A stretch of DNA of 59,137 bases from a virus (Duplodnaviria; Caudoviricetes). The notes under the pieces are model-generated. The model was not told the origin of the DNA. It did no database searches and was given only the letters and a program-made list of their open reading frames with translations. Positions 18,876 to 28,662 of the stretch are shown one piece after another (positions within the stretch are counted from its first letter, which is position 1; each line of letters starts with the position of its first letter). The translations under genes were made by a program, and so were the position numbers. The stretch is from IMG/VR virus record IMGVR_UViG_3300002461_000254, positions 1 to 59,137 of that record; one strand, written 5' to 3'.

Positions 18876-19621
18876 AATCGAAACTGGCCCGCCGGGCAGC
18901 CAAGAACCGCCTGAAGAACCCCCACAAGTGGCTCAGTGACTATCTGGGCGAGCGGCACGGGAAGCAGTCGAGGACCAAGGCCAAGCCCGAATGGCGCGAT
19001 GTCGACGAGACCACTGCGCTCGAGCCTGCGCCGACCGCTTCTGGATGGGTCGTGCTCATGGTCGAGCCGAGGATGGAAGCCAAGGCCGCCACTGCCCTCC
19101 GCGACGCCGGCTATGTCGCCTGGTTCCCCCAGACCGTCGAGGAGATCAAGACCGAGCGCCGAGGCCAGCGCATCAAGCGCAGGGTCAACCGGCCGCTGTT
19201 CCCGCGCTACCTGTTCGCCGCAGCGGGCGAGGCCGCTGAGCGGTTCGCATGGCCGACGCGGGACGAGTGCCGCGCCATCGCGCAGCGGGCTTCCTCTGGC
19301 CTGTTCAGCGAGCACATCAAGGGCACCGTCGAGAGGATCGGGATGCTCGACTGCGACCATGTCTCGGCCATCATCGGGCCAGTGCCGGTGGCAATGCTCG
19401 CCGACCTTTCTGCCCGCCAGGGCGACGGCGAGTTCGTCAAGGAGGACGAGCCGGCCAAGCAGTTCGGGCCCGGCGCCAAGGTGCGCGTCACCGACGGCGT
19501 ATGGTCATCGTTCGACGGCGTGGTCGAGCGCTCTGCAAAAGACCGCATCCGCATCCTTCTGGACATTTTCGGCAGGCCAACGCCGGTCGAGGTTGGCATT
19601 GAACAGGTGGAGGCAGCATGA
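18872..19621 (+). CDS. NusG/RfaH-like late antiterminator
   Basis: NGN (WVVLMVEPRME, PLFPRYLF) and KOW (GAKVRVTDG...IFGRPTPV) domains. Confidence 0.85.
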   Translation: MKSKLARRAAKNRLKNPHKWLSDYLGERHGKQSRTKAKPEWRDVDETTALEPAPTASGWVVLMVEPRMEAKAATALRDAGYVAWFPQTVEEIKTERRGQRIKRRVNRPLFPRYLFAAAGEAAERFAWPTRDECRAIAQRASSGLFSEHIKGTVERIGMLDCDHVSAIIGPVPVAMLADLSARQGDGEFVKEDEPAKQFGPGAKVRVTDGVWSSFDGVVERSAKDRIRILLDIFGRPTPVEVGIEQVEAA

Positions 19622-19875
19622 GCGAGAAGGTGATCATCATCCACGAAACCCTCTGGCAGTCCTACGCGAGGGACGCGGGATCGTTCGTCATGGTCGCAGG
19701 CATGATCGGGCTTGGGGTGTTCCTCGACAGCGCTGCGATGCAATGGCTGGGAGCCATCTTGGCTTTCATCGCCATGCTAAGCCGAGGGGTCGCCACTCGG
19801 AACGTGGGCCGCATGACGGTCGCCGAGGCGCGCGAGATGCTGGACGAGATCGAAGCGGGCGCCGCCCAGTCTTGA
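19618..19875 (+). CDS. small membrane protein
   Basis: Two hydrophobic segments. Confidence 0.6.
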   Translation: MSEKVIIIHETLWQSYARDAGSFVMVAGMIGLGVFLDSAAMQWLGAILAFIAMLSRGVATRNVGRMTVAEAREMLDEIEAGAAQS

Positions 19876-20223
19876 CCTCACGCCGCGAATATGTCAGGCA
19901 CGATCAACGGCTGGGCCATGACGAGCCCGGCAAGGCGCAGGCCCGATAAACAGGGCGTCGCCGGTTCGGCTAGCAGTCGGGAATGACCAGCGAGGCCGCG
20001 CAGACCGCGCCGCATGATGCGGGCGACCCTGAGTTGCCGCGCATTTCCAATTCCCGAAAGGGGCTCGCTCGCAAGCCGGTGGATATGGGACGGGGATGCT
20101 CGTCCGGCGACCACCGGAGCCAATCAGGTCGCTTCCCCCTTCGGGGTGCCCGGATCACCGGGAGCGTGGCGTGAGCCAAGTCGGTGCGCGCGCAAGCCGG
20201 CAACGTGGAAGCACCAATCACAT

Positions 20224-20294
20224 GCAGGGGTCGCTGGGGCGGTCTCTGGCCTTCCAAGCCGGTTGATGGGGTTCGATTCCCCGGCTCCGCTCCA
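20224..20294 (+). tRNA. degenerate tRNA-Gly(TCC)
   Basis: Anticodon arm CTGGC-CTTCCAA-GCCGG, T-arm GGGG-TTCGATT-CCCC and TCCA end; acceptor stem has mismatches and the D-arm is poor. Confidence 0.65.
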
Positions 20295-20310
20295 ATCCCC
20301 AAGAGGTCCC

Positions 20311-20835
20311 ATGTTTCACCGCGTCCTCGCGCTGGCGTCGCTGGCGTTCGTCCTCATGATCGCTGCCTCGCCGTCCCGCGCCCAGACCTGGGCCGAGATG
20401 TATGCCGCCGGCCAGGCTGTCGCCCCCGGCCACCGCGCGCTCCCCCGCACCACGCCGCTGCCGGTCCCGCGCTCCTCCGTCGAGCACCTCATCCGCCGCA
20501 GCGCCGAACGTCACGGCGTCCCCGTCCGCCTCGCCCTCGCTGTCGCCAAGGTGGAGAGTAACTTCCGCTGCAACGCCATCGGCCGCGCCGGCGAACGTTC
20601 CGTGCTCCAGATCCTCCCGGCCACCGCCCGCGGCCTCGGCTATCGCGGTTCCCCCGCCGGCCTCACCAACTGCGGCGCCGGCCTCGACTACGGCATGAGG
20701 CACCTCGCGCTGGCATATCGCCGGTGCGGGTCCAAGGCAGGAGCGGCCCGCCTCCACAATCGAGGCCTCGCCTCGTCCTGCCACGGCGGCGGTGCCTATG
20801 TCGCACGCGCCATGGCTGCGCTGGGCAGGGTGTGA
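20311..20835 (+). CDS. lytic transglycosylase (SLT) with signal peptide
   Basis: LALAVAKVESNF, LQILPATARGLGY. Confidence 0.85.
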   Translation: MFHRVLALASLAFVLMIAASPSRAQTWAEMYAAGQAVAPGHRALPRTTPLPVPRSSVEHLIRRSAERHGVPVRLALAVAKVESNFRCNAIGRAGERSVLQILPATARGLGYRGSPAGLTNCGAGLDYGMRHLALAYRRCGSKAGAARLHNRGLASSCHGGGAYVARAMAALGRV

Positions 20836-20837
20836 CC

Positions 20838-21431
20838 GTGTCTCTCACCGCGAAGCAGAAGCGGTTCGTCGACGAGTACCTAGTCGACCTCAACGCAACG
20901 CAGGCTGCGATACGCGCAGGCTACAGTGCCAAGACGGCTCGCTCTGTCGGGTCCGAGAACCTGACGAAACCTGACATCGCGGCCGCCATCGAAAAGCGGC
21001 AGAAGCGCCTGGCCGACAAGTACGAGGTCAACCAGGAGCGCATCGTCGCCGAGTTGGCCCGGATCGGGTTCGCCAACATGCAGGACTACATGCGTGCCGG
21101 ATCGGACGGCGACCCCTACCTCGACTTCTCTGGCCTTACCCGGGATCAGGCCGCGGCGCTCGCTGAGGTGACGGTGGAGGACTTCAAGGATGGCCGCGGC
21201 GAGGACGCCCGGGATGTCCGTCGGGTGAAGTTCAAGCTGCATGACAAGCGCGCTGCCCTCGTCGACCTCGGCAAGCATCTCGGCATGTTCAAGGAGCGCG
21301 TCGAGCACACCGGCCCGAACGGCGGTCCCATCGAGCACAAGGACGTGAGTGCGCGTGACCTCCTCGCTGGCAAGCTCAATAGCATCGCTTCCGGACGCCG
21401 AGAGGGCGGCGATCCTCGCAAGCCTCACTGA
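20838..21431 (+). CDS. terS: terminase small subunit
   Basis: LTAKQKRFVDEYLVDLNATQAAIRAGYS. Confidence 0.93.
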   Translation: MSLTAKQKRFVDEYLVDLNATQAAIRAGYSAKTARSVGSENLTKPDIAAAIEKRQKRLADKYEVNQERIVAELARIGFANMQDYMRAGSDGDPYLDFSGLTRDQAAALAEVTVEDFKDGRGEDARDVRRVKFKLHDKRAALVDLGKHLGMFKERVEHTGPNGGPIEHKDVSARDLLAGKLNSIASGRREGGDPRKPH

Positions 21432-22662
21432 GGCGCAGGCCGAGGAGCTTCTGCACGACTGGCGGTTTTGGGCTCGACCCAATCAGATCGCCCCCGATGG
21501 CGATTGGCGCACCTGGCTGGTGCTCGCTGGCCGCGGCTTCGGAAAGACCGAGGCCGGAGCGCAATGGGTGAGGGAGCGGGTCGCCAGCGGCGCCCGGAAC
21601 ATTGCCATCATCGCCGAGACGCAGAAGGACCTCGAGGAGGTCATGGTCTCGCGCATCCTGTCTATTCACCCGACGGCCGAAGCGCCCAAGGTCCGCTACA
21701 AGCCCGTGCGGCTGGTCTGGCCGAACGGCGCGATGGCGCTGGGATACAACGGCACCGAGCCCGACCAGCTGCGCGGCCCGGAGTTCGACACCGCCTGGGT
21801 CGACGAGCTCGCCAAGTACCGCTACGCCCGCGAGACGTGGGACATGCTGCAGTTCACCATGCGCCGGGGGCGTGACCCGCGGGTGCTGGTGACCACGACG
21901 CCGAGGCCCATCCCGGTCCTGAAAGAGATCATGGCCGATGCCGCGACGGAGGTCACCCGTGGCTCGACCTTCGACAATGCCGACAACCTGCCCGCAGCCT
22001 TCCTCCAGACGATCCGCACCAAATATGAGGGCACGCGGCTCGGCCGACAGGAGCTGAACGCCGAGATCCTCGACGACGTGCCGGGCGCCCTGTGGACGCG
22101 CGACATGATCGACAAGGCGTTGGTCAAAGCCGCGCCGGACCTCGTTCGCATCGTCGTCGCCGTCGACCCTTCCGGCACGAAGGGGGCCGCCGACAAGGGC
22201 GACAGCATCGGCATCATCGCAGCCGGCAAGGGTACGGACGGCAACGCCTATGTGCTGGCTGACCGGACCTGCAAGCTCTCGCCGGACGGCTGGGGCCGGC
22301 GCGCTGTCGCCACCTACTACGATCTCGGCGCCGACCGGATCGTGGCGGAGCGCAACTTCGGCGGCGCCATGGTCGAGCACGTCATCCGCACCGTTGACCC
22401 CAAGGTCTCCTATCGGGAGGTCACGGCGTCCCGCGGCAAGGTCGCCCGGGCCGAGCCCGTCGCGGCACTCTACGAACAGGGCAGGGTCAAGCACGTCGGC
22501 GGGTTCTCCGATCTGGAAGACCAGATGTGCTCCATGACGCCTGACGGTTACCTCGGCGAGGGCTCGCCTGACCGGGCCGACGCGCTGGTCTGGGCCATCA
22601 CCGAACTCATGCTGAGCGACAACGTGTCGGCCGGCGTCTTCCTGACATCGAGGAACCGCTGA
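21349..22662 (+). CDS. terL: terminase large subunit
   Basis: AGRGFGKT, AWVDE, VTTTP, VAVDP, SPDRADAL. Confidence 0.95.
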   Translation: MRVTSSLASSIASLPDAERAAILASLTEAQAEELLHDWRFWARPNQIAPDGDWRTWLVLAGRGFGKTEAGAQWVRERVASGARNIAIIAETQKDLEEVMVSRILSIHPTAEAPKVRYKPVRLVWPNGAMALGYNGTEPDQLRGPEFDTAWVDELAKYRYARETWDMLQFTMRRGRDPRVLVTTTPRPIPVLKEIMADAATEVTRGSTFDNADNLPAAFLQTIRTKYEGTRLGRQELNAEILDDVPGALWTRDMIDKALVKAAPDLVRIVVAVDPSGTKGAADKGDSIGIIAAGKGTDGNAYVLADRTCKLSPDGWGRRAVATYYDLGADRIVAERNFGGAMVEHVIRTVDPKVSYREVTASRGKVARAEPVAALYEQGRVKHVGGFSDLEDQMCSMTPDGYLGEGSPDRADALVWAITELMLSDNVSAGVFLTSRNR

Positions 22663-24041
22663 TGGGCATCCGCTTCGTTCTGAACAGCGCCTCGCGCAGT
22701 CTCGCGACGATGTTCCCCGGCTTCTTCACCGGCGCCAAGCACAACCACTACGCCGACTTCGGCTGGCCCGAAAACGTCGAGTTCAAGCAGTTCTTCGACA
22801 TCTACACCCGCAACGGCATTGCCCGGGCGGGAGTCGACCGCACGATCCTCAAGACCTGGCAGGACATGCCGTTCCTCCTCGAAAAGGAGCGCGACGGCAG
22901 CGAGGGCGCGGTCAAGGACGAGACGACGCTGGAGAAGGAAATCCGCCTCCGCTTCGCCGCCCTCCGCCTCTGGCAGCGCCTGGCCGAGGCCGACCGCCGC
23001 GGGCTCGTCGGGGGCTATGCCGGCGCGATCCTGCGCCTCGCCGACAGCAAGCGGTTCTCCGAGCCGGTCGACCGCGTGTCGGGTGGCCTGGACGGCCTCG
23101 TCGAGGTGATCCCGGCGTGGGAAGGCCAACTCGTCGTGTCAGAGTGGGATACGGCGGAGACCTCGCCGACCTACGGCCAGCCGAAGATGTTCCAGTTCAA
23201 CGAGGCCGAGGTCGGTAAGTCGACCGGCCAGGCGCGCGCCTTCAACGTGCATCCCGACCGCGTCATCGTCTGGTCCCGCGACGGGACCATTCACGCCCGG
23301 TCGAGCCTTGAGCCCGGCTACAACGATCTGCTGACGATCGAGAAGATCATCGGCGCCGGCGGCGAGGGCTTCTGGAAGAACGCCAAGTCCGCCCCCGTGC
23401 TCGAAGTGGATGGTGACGCCAACGTCGAGGCCATGGCCCAGGCGATGGGCGTTAAGGCCGAGGAAATCGCCGACAAAATGCAGGCCCAGGTCGAGGGATG
23501 GCAGAAGGGCTTCGACAAGCTCCTGATGATCAAGGGCATGCAGGCGAAGACGCTCGGCGTGACCCTGCCGAGCCCGGAGCATTTCGTGGCCGTGGCTCTC
23601 CAGTCGTTCGCCGCGTCGCTCTCCATCCCGCTGAAGATCCTCGTGGGGTCGCAGACGGGCGAGCGGGCGAGCACCGAGGATGCCGCCGAGTGGGCGCAGA
23701 CCTGCATGTCTCGGCGTCACAATGAGGTGGTTCCGAACATCATGACGCTCGTCGAACGGCTCGTCCGGTTCGGCATTCTCCCCGAGAAGGACTGGCACGT
23801 CGACTGGTCGGATCTGACCGAGTCCTCGATGTCCGAGAAGATCGATCGGGCCAACAAGATGGCCGACACGAACCAGAAGATGAAGGACGGCGGGGAACTC
23901 GTGTTCACGCCGGAAGAGATCCGCGCCGCGGTCGACCTGGAGCCGCTGTCGGACGCCGAGAAGTTCCGCGACGAGCCGGCAGCCGAGGACGCTGATCCGC
24001 TCGGCGCCCTGCCGCGCGAAGAGCCCGCGCCGGCGGCCTGA
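22662..24041 (+). CDS. portal protein (DUF1073-like)
   Basis: Directly after terL; VHPDRVIV, IPLKILVGSQTGERASTED. Confidence 0.85.
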   Translation: MGIRFVLNSASRSLATMFPGFFTGAKHNHYADFGWPENVEFKQFFDIYTRNGIARAGVDRTILKTWQDMPFLLEKERDGSEGAVKDETTLEKEIRLRFAALRLWQRLAEADRRGLVGGYAGAILRLADSKRFSEPVDRVSGGLDGLVEVIPAWEGQLVVSEWDTAETSPTYGQPKMFQFNEAEVGKSTGQARAFNVHPDRVIVWSRDGTIHARSSLEPGYNDLLTIEKIIGAGGEGFWKNAKSAPVLEVDGDANVEAMAQAMGVKAEEIADKMQAQVEGWQKGFDKLLMIKGMQAKTLGVTLPSPEHFVAVALQSFAASLSIPLKILVGSQTGERASTEDAAEWAQTCMSRRHNEVVPNIMTLVERLVRFGILPEKDWHVDWSDLTESSMSEKIDRANKMADTNQKMKDGGELVFTPEEIRAAVDLEPLSDAEKFRDEPAAEDADPLGALPREEPAPAA

Positions 24042-24072
24042 CCCTGACCACGATTGAACGAGGAGGCGGCTG

Positions 24073-25194
24073 GTGAAACAGGTCCGCGTGAACATCCGCG
24101 CCCGCGCCAACACGAAGGCCGTGCGCAAGGAGAAGCGGAACGGCCGTGACGTCATCATCGTCTCGGCCGCCACGCTTCCCGATAACGTCGTCATGAACGG
24201 CATCCAGTACCCGGCCGATGAGATCGAGAAGAGCTACGTCGGCCTCAACCGCACGCCGGCGCCCCTCGGCCACCCCACGATCAACGGCAAGTTCGTCTCC
24301 GCCCGCGATCCCGAGGGCATCAACATCGGGTGGATCGGCGCCTGGAACGAGAACCTGCGGCGCGAGAAGGGCCGGGTCCTCATGGACAAGGTCATCGACG
24401 TCGAGCGCGCCAGCCAGTCCGATGGCGGCAAGGCAGTTCTGGCCGCCATCGAGAAGGGCGAGCCCATCCACACCTCGACGGGGCTCTACTGCAACCTGGA
24501 AGCCGCCAACGGCGACGTCGACTACAAGCACATCGCTCGCAACCTCGAGTTCGACCACGACGCGATCCTCCTGGACGAGGAGGGCGCCGCCACTCCCGCC
24601 CAGGGCGTCGGCATGATGGTCAACGCGAAGGGCGAGCAGACCGAAATCGAGGTCATCAACTCGTCCCTCACGGACATGATCGACCAAGAGATCGACTACG
24701 CCGGGCACCGGCTGGTCGAAGCCCTCGCACGCCGGCAGCACGCCAGCGTCTGGGAGCGCATGAAGACCGCAATTATCGAAGCCTTCGGCTCCGAGCGGGA
24801 ACCCTCTACCAACACAACGAAGGACGACGACATGGACAAGGTCCAGTTCGACGCGCTTTCCCAGAAGGTTGACGCCCTCTCGGAAGCGATGAAGCCCGAC
24901 GCGCTGGCAACGGCGATCGGCAATGCGGTGGCCGCGGCGATCAAGCCGATCACCGACGCACAGGCCGAGATGGTCGCGAACCAGAAGGCGAAGGACGAGG
25001 CCGAGCAGGCCGAGCTCGTCGCCAAGGTCGTGAAGGCGAACCTCCTCGACGAGGAGACCGCCAAGGCCACGCCGCTGAACACCCTGCGCAAGCTGGCCGA
25101 GAAGGCCAAGCCGGGCACGGCAGCGGCGCTCAACGGGGCATTCGCCGGCACCGGCGACAAGCCCTCCTTCAAGCTCCCCAAGGCGGAGGCCTGA
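24073..25194 (+). CDS. prohead protease/scaffold (DUF2213-like)
   Basis: PLGHP, STG and DHDAIL protease-like motifs; helical C-terminal part with a likely internal start at 24832. Confidence 0.75.
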   Translation: MKQVRVNIRARANTKAVRKEKRNGRDVIIVSAATLPDNVVMNGIQYPADEIEKSYVGLNRTPAPLGHPTINGKFVSARDPEGINIGWIGAWNENLRREKGRVLMDKVIDVERASQSDGGKAVLAAIEKGEPIHTSTGLYCNLEAANGDVDYKHIARNLEFDHDAILLDEEGAATPAQGVGMMVNAKGEQTEIEVINSSLTDMIDQEIDYAGHRLVEALARRQHASVWERMKTAIIEAFGSEREPSTNTTKDDDMDKVQFDALSQKVDALSEAMKPDALATAIGNAVAAAIKPITDAQAEMVANQKAKDEAEQAELVAKVVKANLLDEETAKATPLNTLRKLAEKAKPGTAAALNGAFAGTGDKPSFKLPKAEA

Positions 25195-25196
25195 TC

Positions 25197-25646
25197 ATGC
25201 CGCGCTACAATAAGGTCTATGCGGGTCCCGTGACCCAGGTCAGCCCGCAGGTGCAGGAGCGCGTCTGCGCTGCTGCCATCCTGCCGGGCACGGCTCTCAT
25301 CGAGTCGGGCGCCAACTTCGCTCAGGCGGGCGCCAACGCACTCACCAAGGTCTACATCGCCCAGGACAACTACCTCGCGCTCAAGGGCGTCGACGACGCC
25401 TGGCCGGCGAACGACCGGATCATCGGCATGGAGATGCTCGACGAGCAGTTCTTCAACGTCCGAGTCCCGACGGGCGTGAACGTCGCCCGCGGCTCCCAGC
25501 TCACCACCAATTCGGCCGGCAAGTTCGTGCTCGCGACCACTGGTCAGCGCGTGATCGCCATCGCCGAGGAGGCCTACAACAACACGTCCGGTGCGGACCA
25601 GCTCGTGCGCGCCCGCGTGGCCCGCAACCAGCTCGCCGCGGCCTAA
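25197..25646 (+). CDS. head decoration/cement protein
   Basis: 149 aa beta-rich protein between scaffold and capsid genes. Confidence 0.6.
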   Translation: MPRYNKVYAGPVTQVSPQVQERVCAAAILPGTALIESGANFAQAGANALTKVYIAQDNYLALKGVDDAWPANDRIIGMEMLDEQFFNVRVPTGVNVARGSQLTTNSAGKFVLATTGQRVIAIAEEAYNNTSGADQLVRARVARNQLAAA

Positions 25647-25659
25647 AGGGGACACTCCG

Positions 25660-26091
25660 ATGCGATACTTCGACGAACAGCTCGTCGCCAACTCTCGCCC
25701 CCATGCGGAGTGGTGGAACGAGGTTTCCATGGTGCGCGAGCACTTCCACCGGACGGAGGAGGGCCTTGCCTCTCTGACGGCCCAGTTCATGGGCAACGCC
25801 GCCTCGATCCTGCCGCGCGATGCGTGGCTCGACCTCGACGGTATCACCCGGCGCGTCATGCGCTCGGACGAAGGCCAGGTCTGGATGGCGGACCTCATGC
25901 CGCTCGCCCGCCCGGTCAACATCGGCAAGATCGTGGTGATGAACCGCGTCTCCAGCGATGCGGGTGCGGTGACGCGCTCGATCTCCGGCCAGGTGCCGGT
26001 CGCCATGGACAAGGTGACCTACGACTATCGCGGCTCGCCCGTGCCCATCTTCTCGACCGCCTATGGTCGCGAGTGGCGCGAGTGGAACACG
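25660..26091 (+). pseudogene. major capsid protein, 5' part (interrupted)
   Basis: 144 codons ending REWREWNT at the direct repeat; continues in frame at 44566. Confidence 0.88.
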
Positions 26092-26135
26092 GTCGGGCCG
26101 GAAAACCGAACAACCCATTGACATGAAAAGGAAAT

Positions 26136-26159
26136 AGGCCCTTCGGGGCCTGTTTTTTT
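26136..26159 (+). terminator. rho-independent terminator just inside the satellite left end
   Basis: AGGCCC-TTCG-GGGCCT followed by G and T7. Confidence 0.85.
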
Positions 26160-26279
26160 GCCCGGTGATTGAGCGACAAAGGGCGACGCATAACCCATTG
26201 AAAAGTCAGAGACCGCCGACGTTGCGCGGCGCCGCCGACCGGCAACGAACCGGCAAGAGAGCGGCCGAAAGGAGATGTC

Positions 26280-26483
26280 ATGACATCGGATAAACGACCC
26301 GATCTTTGTCACGGGATTGAAGAGATCGCCAAGCATCTTGGCCTGGAGGAGCGTCAAGCCCGCTACCTTCATGAACGGGGGGAGCTGCCCACTTTCAAGC
26401 TCCGGCGCTCTGTGTGCGCTCTGCGCTCGAAGCTCGACGCATGGCTTCTGAAAAAGGCCTCGGAGGGCTCCTCCCATGGCTGA
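26280..26483 (+). CDS. AlpA/Xis-like wHTH protein
   Basis: IEEIAKHLGL...LPTFKL...CALRSKLDAWL. Confidence 0.75.
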   Translation: MTSDKRPDLCHGIEEIAKHLGLEERQARYLHERGELPTFKLRRSVCALRSKLDAWLLKKASEGSSHG

Positions 26484-26730
26484 CTTCGCAACCACCGACG
26501 ACCGGCTGATTGCCGAGGTCCCCAAGAACCAGCGCGAGACGATCCACGTCGCCCTGCGCACCTTCCAAGGCAACCGCGGGATCGATCTCAGGGTTCACGC
26601 GACGAACCATGACGGGAAGCTGGTGCCGACGCCAAAGGGCGTGGTGATCAAGCCGGCGAAGCTGCGCGACGTGATCGAGGCGCTCCAGGCCGCCGAGAAG
26701 GCAGCGATCGGCGAGGGTCTGCTGCCATGA
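26476..26730 (+). CDS. PC4/p15-like ssDNA-binding protein
   Basis: KNQRETIHVAL..FQG..GIDLRV...PTPKGV. Confidence 0.8.
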   Translation: MADFATTDDRLIAEVPKNQRETIHVALRTFQGNRGIDLRVHATNHDGKLVPTPKGVVIKPAKLRDVIEALQAAEKAAIGEGLLP

Positions 26731-27215
26731 ACGACACCCCCGCCCAACCGTTCTGCATTCTTGGCATCGACCCCGGCATCAGCGGCGCGATCGCCTTCTA
26801 CTTCCCCGACCGACCGGATTTGATCGGGTGCGACGACATGCCGGAGGCCGACGGCGAGGTCGACGCGGTGTCCCTCGGCCAGCGCATCCGGCAGATGGCG
26901 CCCGACCTGGCCGTGATCGAGCGGGTGCATGCGATGCCAAAGCAGGGCGTCTCCAGCACCTTCAACTTCGGCGCTGCCTATGGGACCGCCCAGGGCGTCG
27001 TGCTCGCGCTCGGCGTCCCGCTTCTGAGGGTCACTCCGGGCGCGTGGAAGAAGCACTTTCGTCTGTCCTCGGACAAAGAGCAGGCGAGGGCGATGGCGAT
27101 CCGTCTCTGGCCGACCTCGACCCACTTCACCCGGAAGAAGGACGCCGACCGCGCCGAGGCCGCGCTGATGGCTCGCTTCATCGCCGAAACCCGGCCGGCA
27201 GGAGACCGCCGATGA
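26727..27215 (+). CDS. RuvC-like Holliday junction resolvase
   Basis: ILGIDPGISGA, AVIERV, TPGAWKK, DRAEAALMA. Confidence 0.85.
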   Translation: MNDTPAQPFCILGIDPGISGAIAFYFPDRPDLIGCDDMPEADGEVDAVSLGQRIRQMAPDLAVIERVHAMPKQGVSSTFNFGAAYGTAQGVVLALGVPLLRVTPGAWKKHFRLSSDKEQARAMAIRLWPTSTHFTRKKDADRAEAALMARFIAETRPAGDRR

Positions 27216-27451
27216 TCACTGAAAATGGATATGTTGAGATCGACGGCGGCACCCTCACCGAAGGCAGCGATGCCCGCCTGATCGGGACGCGCCGCTACTT
27301 TGTGACTCTCGTCAGCCGGATCGGCGAGCGGTGCTGCGTTTGGGACGGCCCATTCTATTCCGACGCGCTTACCGCGGCCACGGAGATCCGCAGCGAATCC
27401 GGCCTGCCGCTGAAAGACCTCACCGGCGAAACGACGGGAGCGGTCCAGTGA
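27212..27451 (+). CDS. hypothetical protein
   Basis: Coupled ORF with RBS. Confidence 0.55.
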   Translation: MITENGYVEIDGGTLTEGSDARLIGTRRYFVTLVSRIGERCCVWDGPFYSDALTAATEIRSESGLPLKDLTGETTGAVQ

Positions 27452-27723
27452 AGCTCCCCTCGTTCAATCTCGCGATCGCCTCAACCGAGGCCCGGACCGC
27501 CGCCATCGCCTTGGCATCGACCGCATCCGACCTCGTCAGCGAACGGAGGGTCCGGCGAAAGCGGGTGGAGCGGCGCGCGTCGGCGGAGCTCAAGGTGCTC
27601 GCCCGCAAGTGCCTGTCTCGGCAGGGAGCCTTCGACGACGAGGACCTCGCTTTCGTCGAGAAGGAGGCAGCGGAGGAGTTCAACGCCCGCCTGGCCCAAT
27701 GGCTGGGGGCTGCCCATGAATAG
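27448..27723 (+). CDS. hypothetical protein
   Basis: Coupled ORF. Confidence 0.5.
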   Translation: MKLPSFNLAIASTEARTAAIALASTASDLVSERRVRRKRVERRASAELKVLARKCLSRQGAFDDEDLAFVEKEAAEEFNARLAQWLGAAHE

Positions 27724-28033
27724 GCACCGGCTTCCAGATCGCCGCCGCTCGGAAACTCGGCAGGTGGCACACCGCGGCCAAGCGTTCGCCGTCAGCGTCG
27801 GCTTCTATCCCGATGGTCGGCCCGCCGAGTGCTTCATCTCGTCCGTGAAGACCGGCAGCGACTTCGCGGCCATCGCCAATGACGCTGCGGTGGCGGTGTC
27901 GATCGCCTTGCAGTACGGGGTGCCTCTCGAGGCTCTGGCATCGGCTATGTCGCAGGACCCGCAAGGCGGAGCCGGCAGCGTTCTCGGCGCCATCCTCAAC
28001 GCCATCGTTGACGAGCCGCCTCGGCCACGATGA
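27716..28033 (+). CDS. stand-alone TSCPD domain (NrdJ C-terminal-like)
   Basis: RHRLPDRR, GFYPDGRPAECFI, SIALQYGVPLE. Confidence 0.75.
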   Translation: MNRHRLPDRRRSETRQVAHRGQAFAVSVGFYPDGRPAECFISSVKTGSDFAAIANDAAVAVSIALQYGVPLEALASAMSQDPQGGAGSVLGAILNAIVDEPPRPR

Positions 28034-28653
28034 ACGAGGCCGGTCGGCAGCGCGACGATATTCTCGACCGCGCGGGACTGATGGCAGACTGGCTCGCCCA
28101 AGCGTTCGGGGCGATCGGGGACGGCAGCGCTGCTGAAGCCGCACGGTGGCTCGCCGCGCATGGCGTGCCAGCCGACCTGATAACCGACCTGCCGATCCTG
28201 CCCGCTACCGTCCGATGGCTCGACCCTGGCGATGGCTTTGCGTTCGCCTCCACCGGCTCCCGGGCGCTGGTGTTCCCGATTTCCGATTGTGAGGCCGCCG
28301 AGGCCGACTTCGGCGACCTTCTCGCATTCGACCCTGCCGCGCCTGACCGCTTCGAGGTCGCCCGCGGCGGGGCATGGGCGCTCGGCGAGGACCAGGTCAG
28401 CGCCGTTCAACTCCGTCTGCACAACACTCCCCTTCAGCTTTGGCGCAACCCCCTCCGCTGGCTTCAGGCCGGCCGGCGCGGGGTCGTCATCCTCGACCAC
28501 GCGAGGGCACCGCATTGGCTCAGACAGATCGGCCCCATTCGAGCGCAGGACGAAGCGCACCGTCAGGAGGTCGCGGCGATGTTCCGCCGTTGGCGGGCCA
28601 TCCCGGACATTGGACTTCCTCCGGCCCAATCACCCATCGCAGCAACACCCTGA
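28030..28653 (+). CDS. hypothetical protein
   Basis: Coupled ORF; LWRNPLRWLQAGRRGVVILD. Confidence 0.65.
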   Translation: MNEAGRQRDDILDRAGLMADWLAQAFGAIGDGSAAEAARWLAAHGVPADLITDLPILPATVRWLDPGDGFAFASTGSRALVFPISDCEAAEADFGDLLAFDPAAPDRFEVARGGAWALGEDQVSAVQLRLHNTPLQLWRNPLRWLQAGRRGVVILDHARAPHWLRQIGPIRAQDEAHRQEVAAMFRRWRAIPDIGLPPAQSPIAATP

Positions 28654-28662
28654 AGGTGCAGC

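Noticed and set aside
22662-24041. Anti-CBASS Acb1 label sometimes given to DUF1073 proteins
   Set aside because: Size and position indicate a portal; no separate phosphoesterase domain seen
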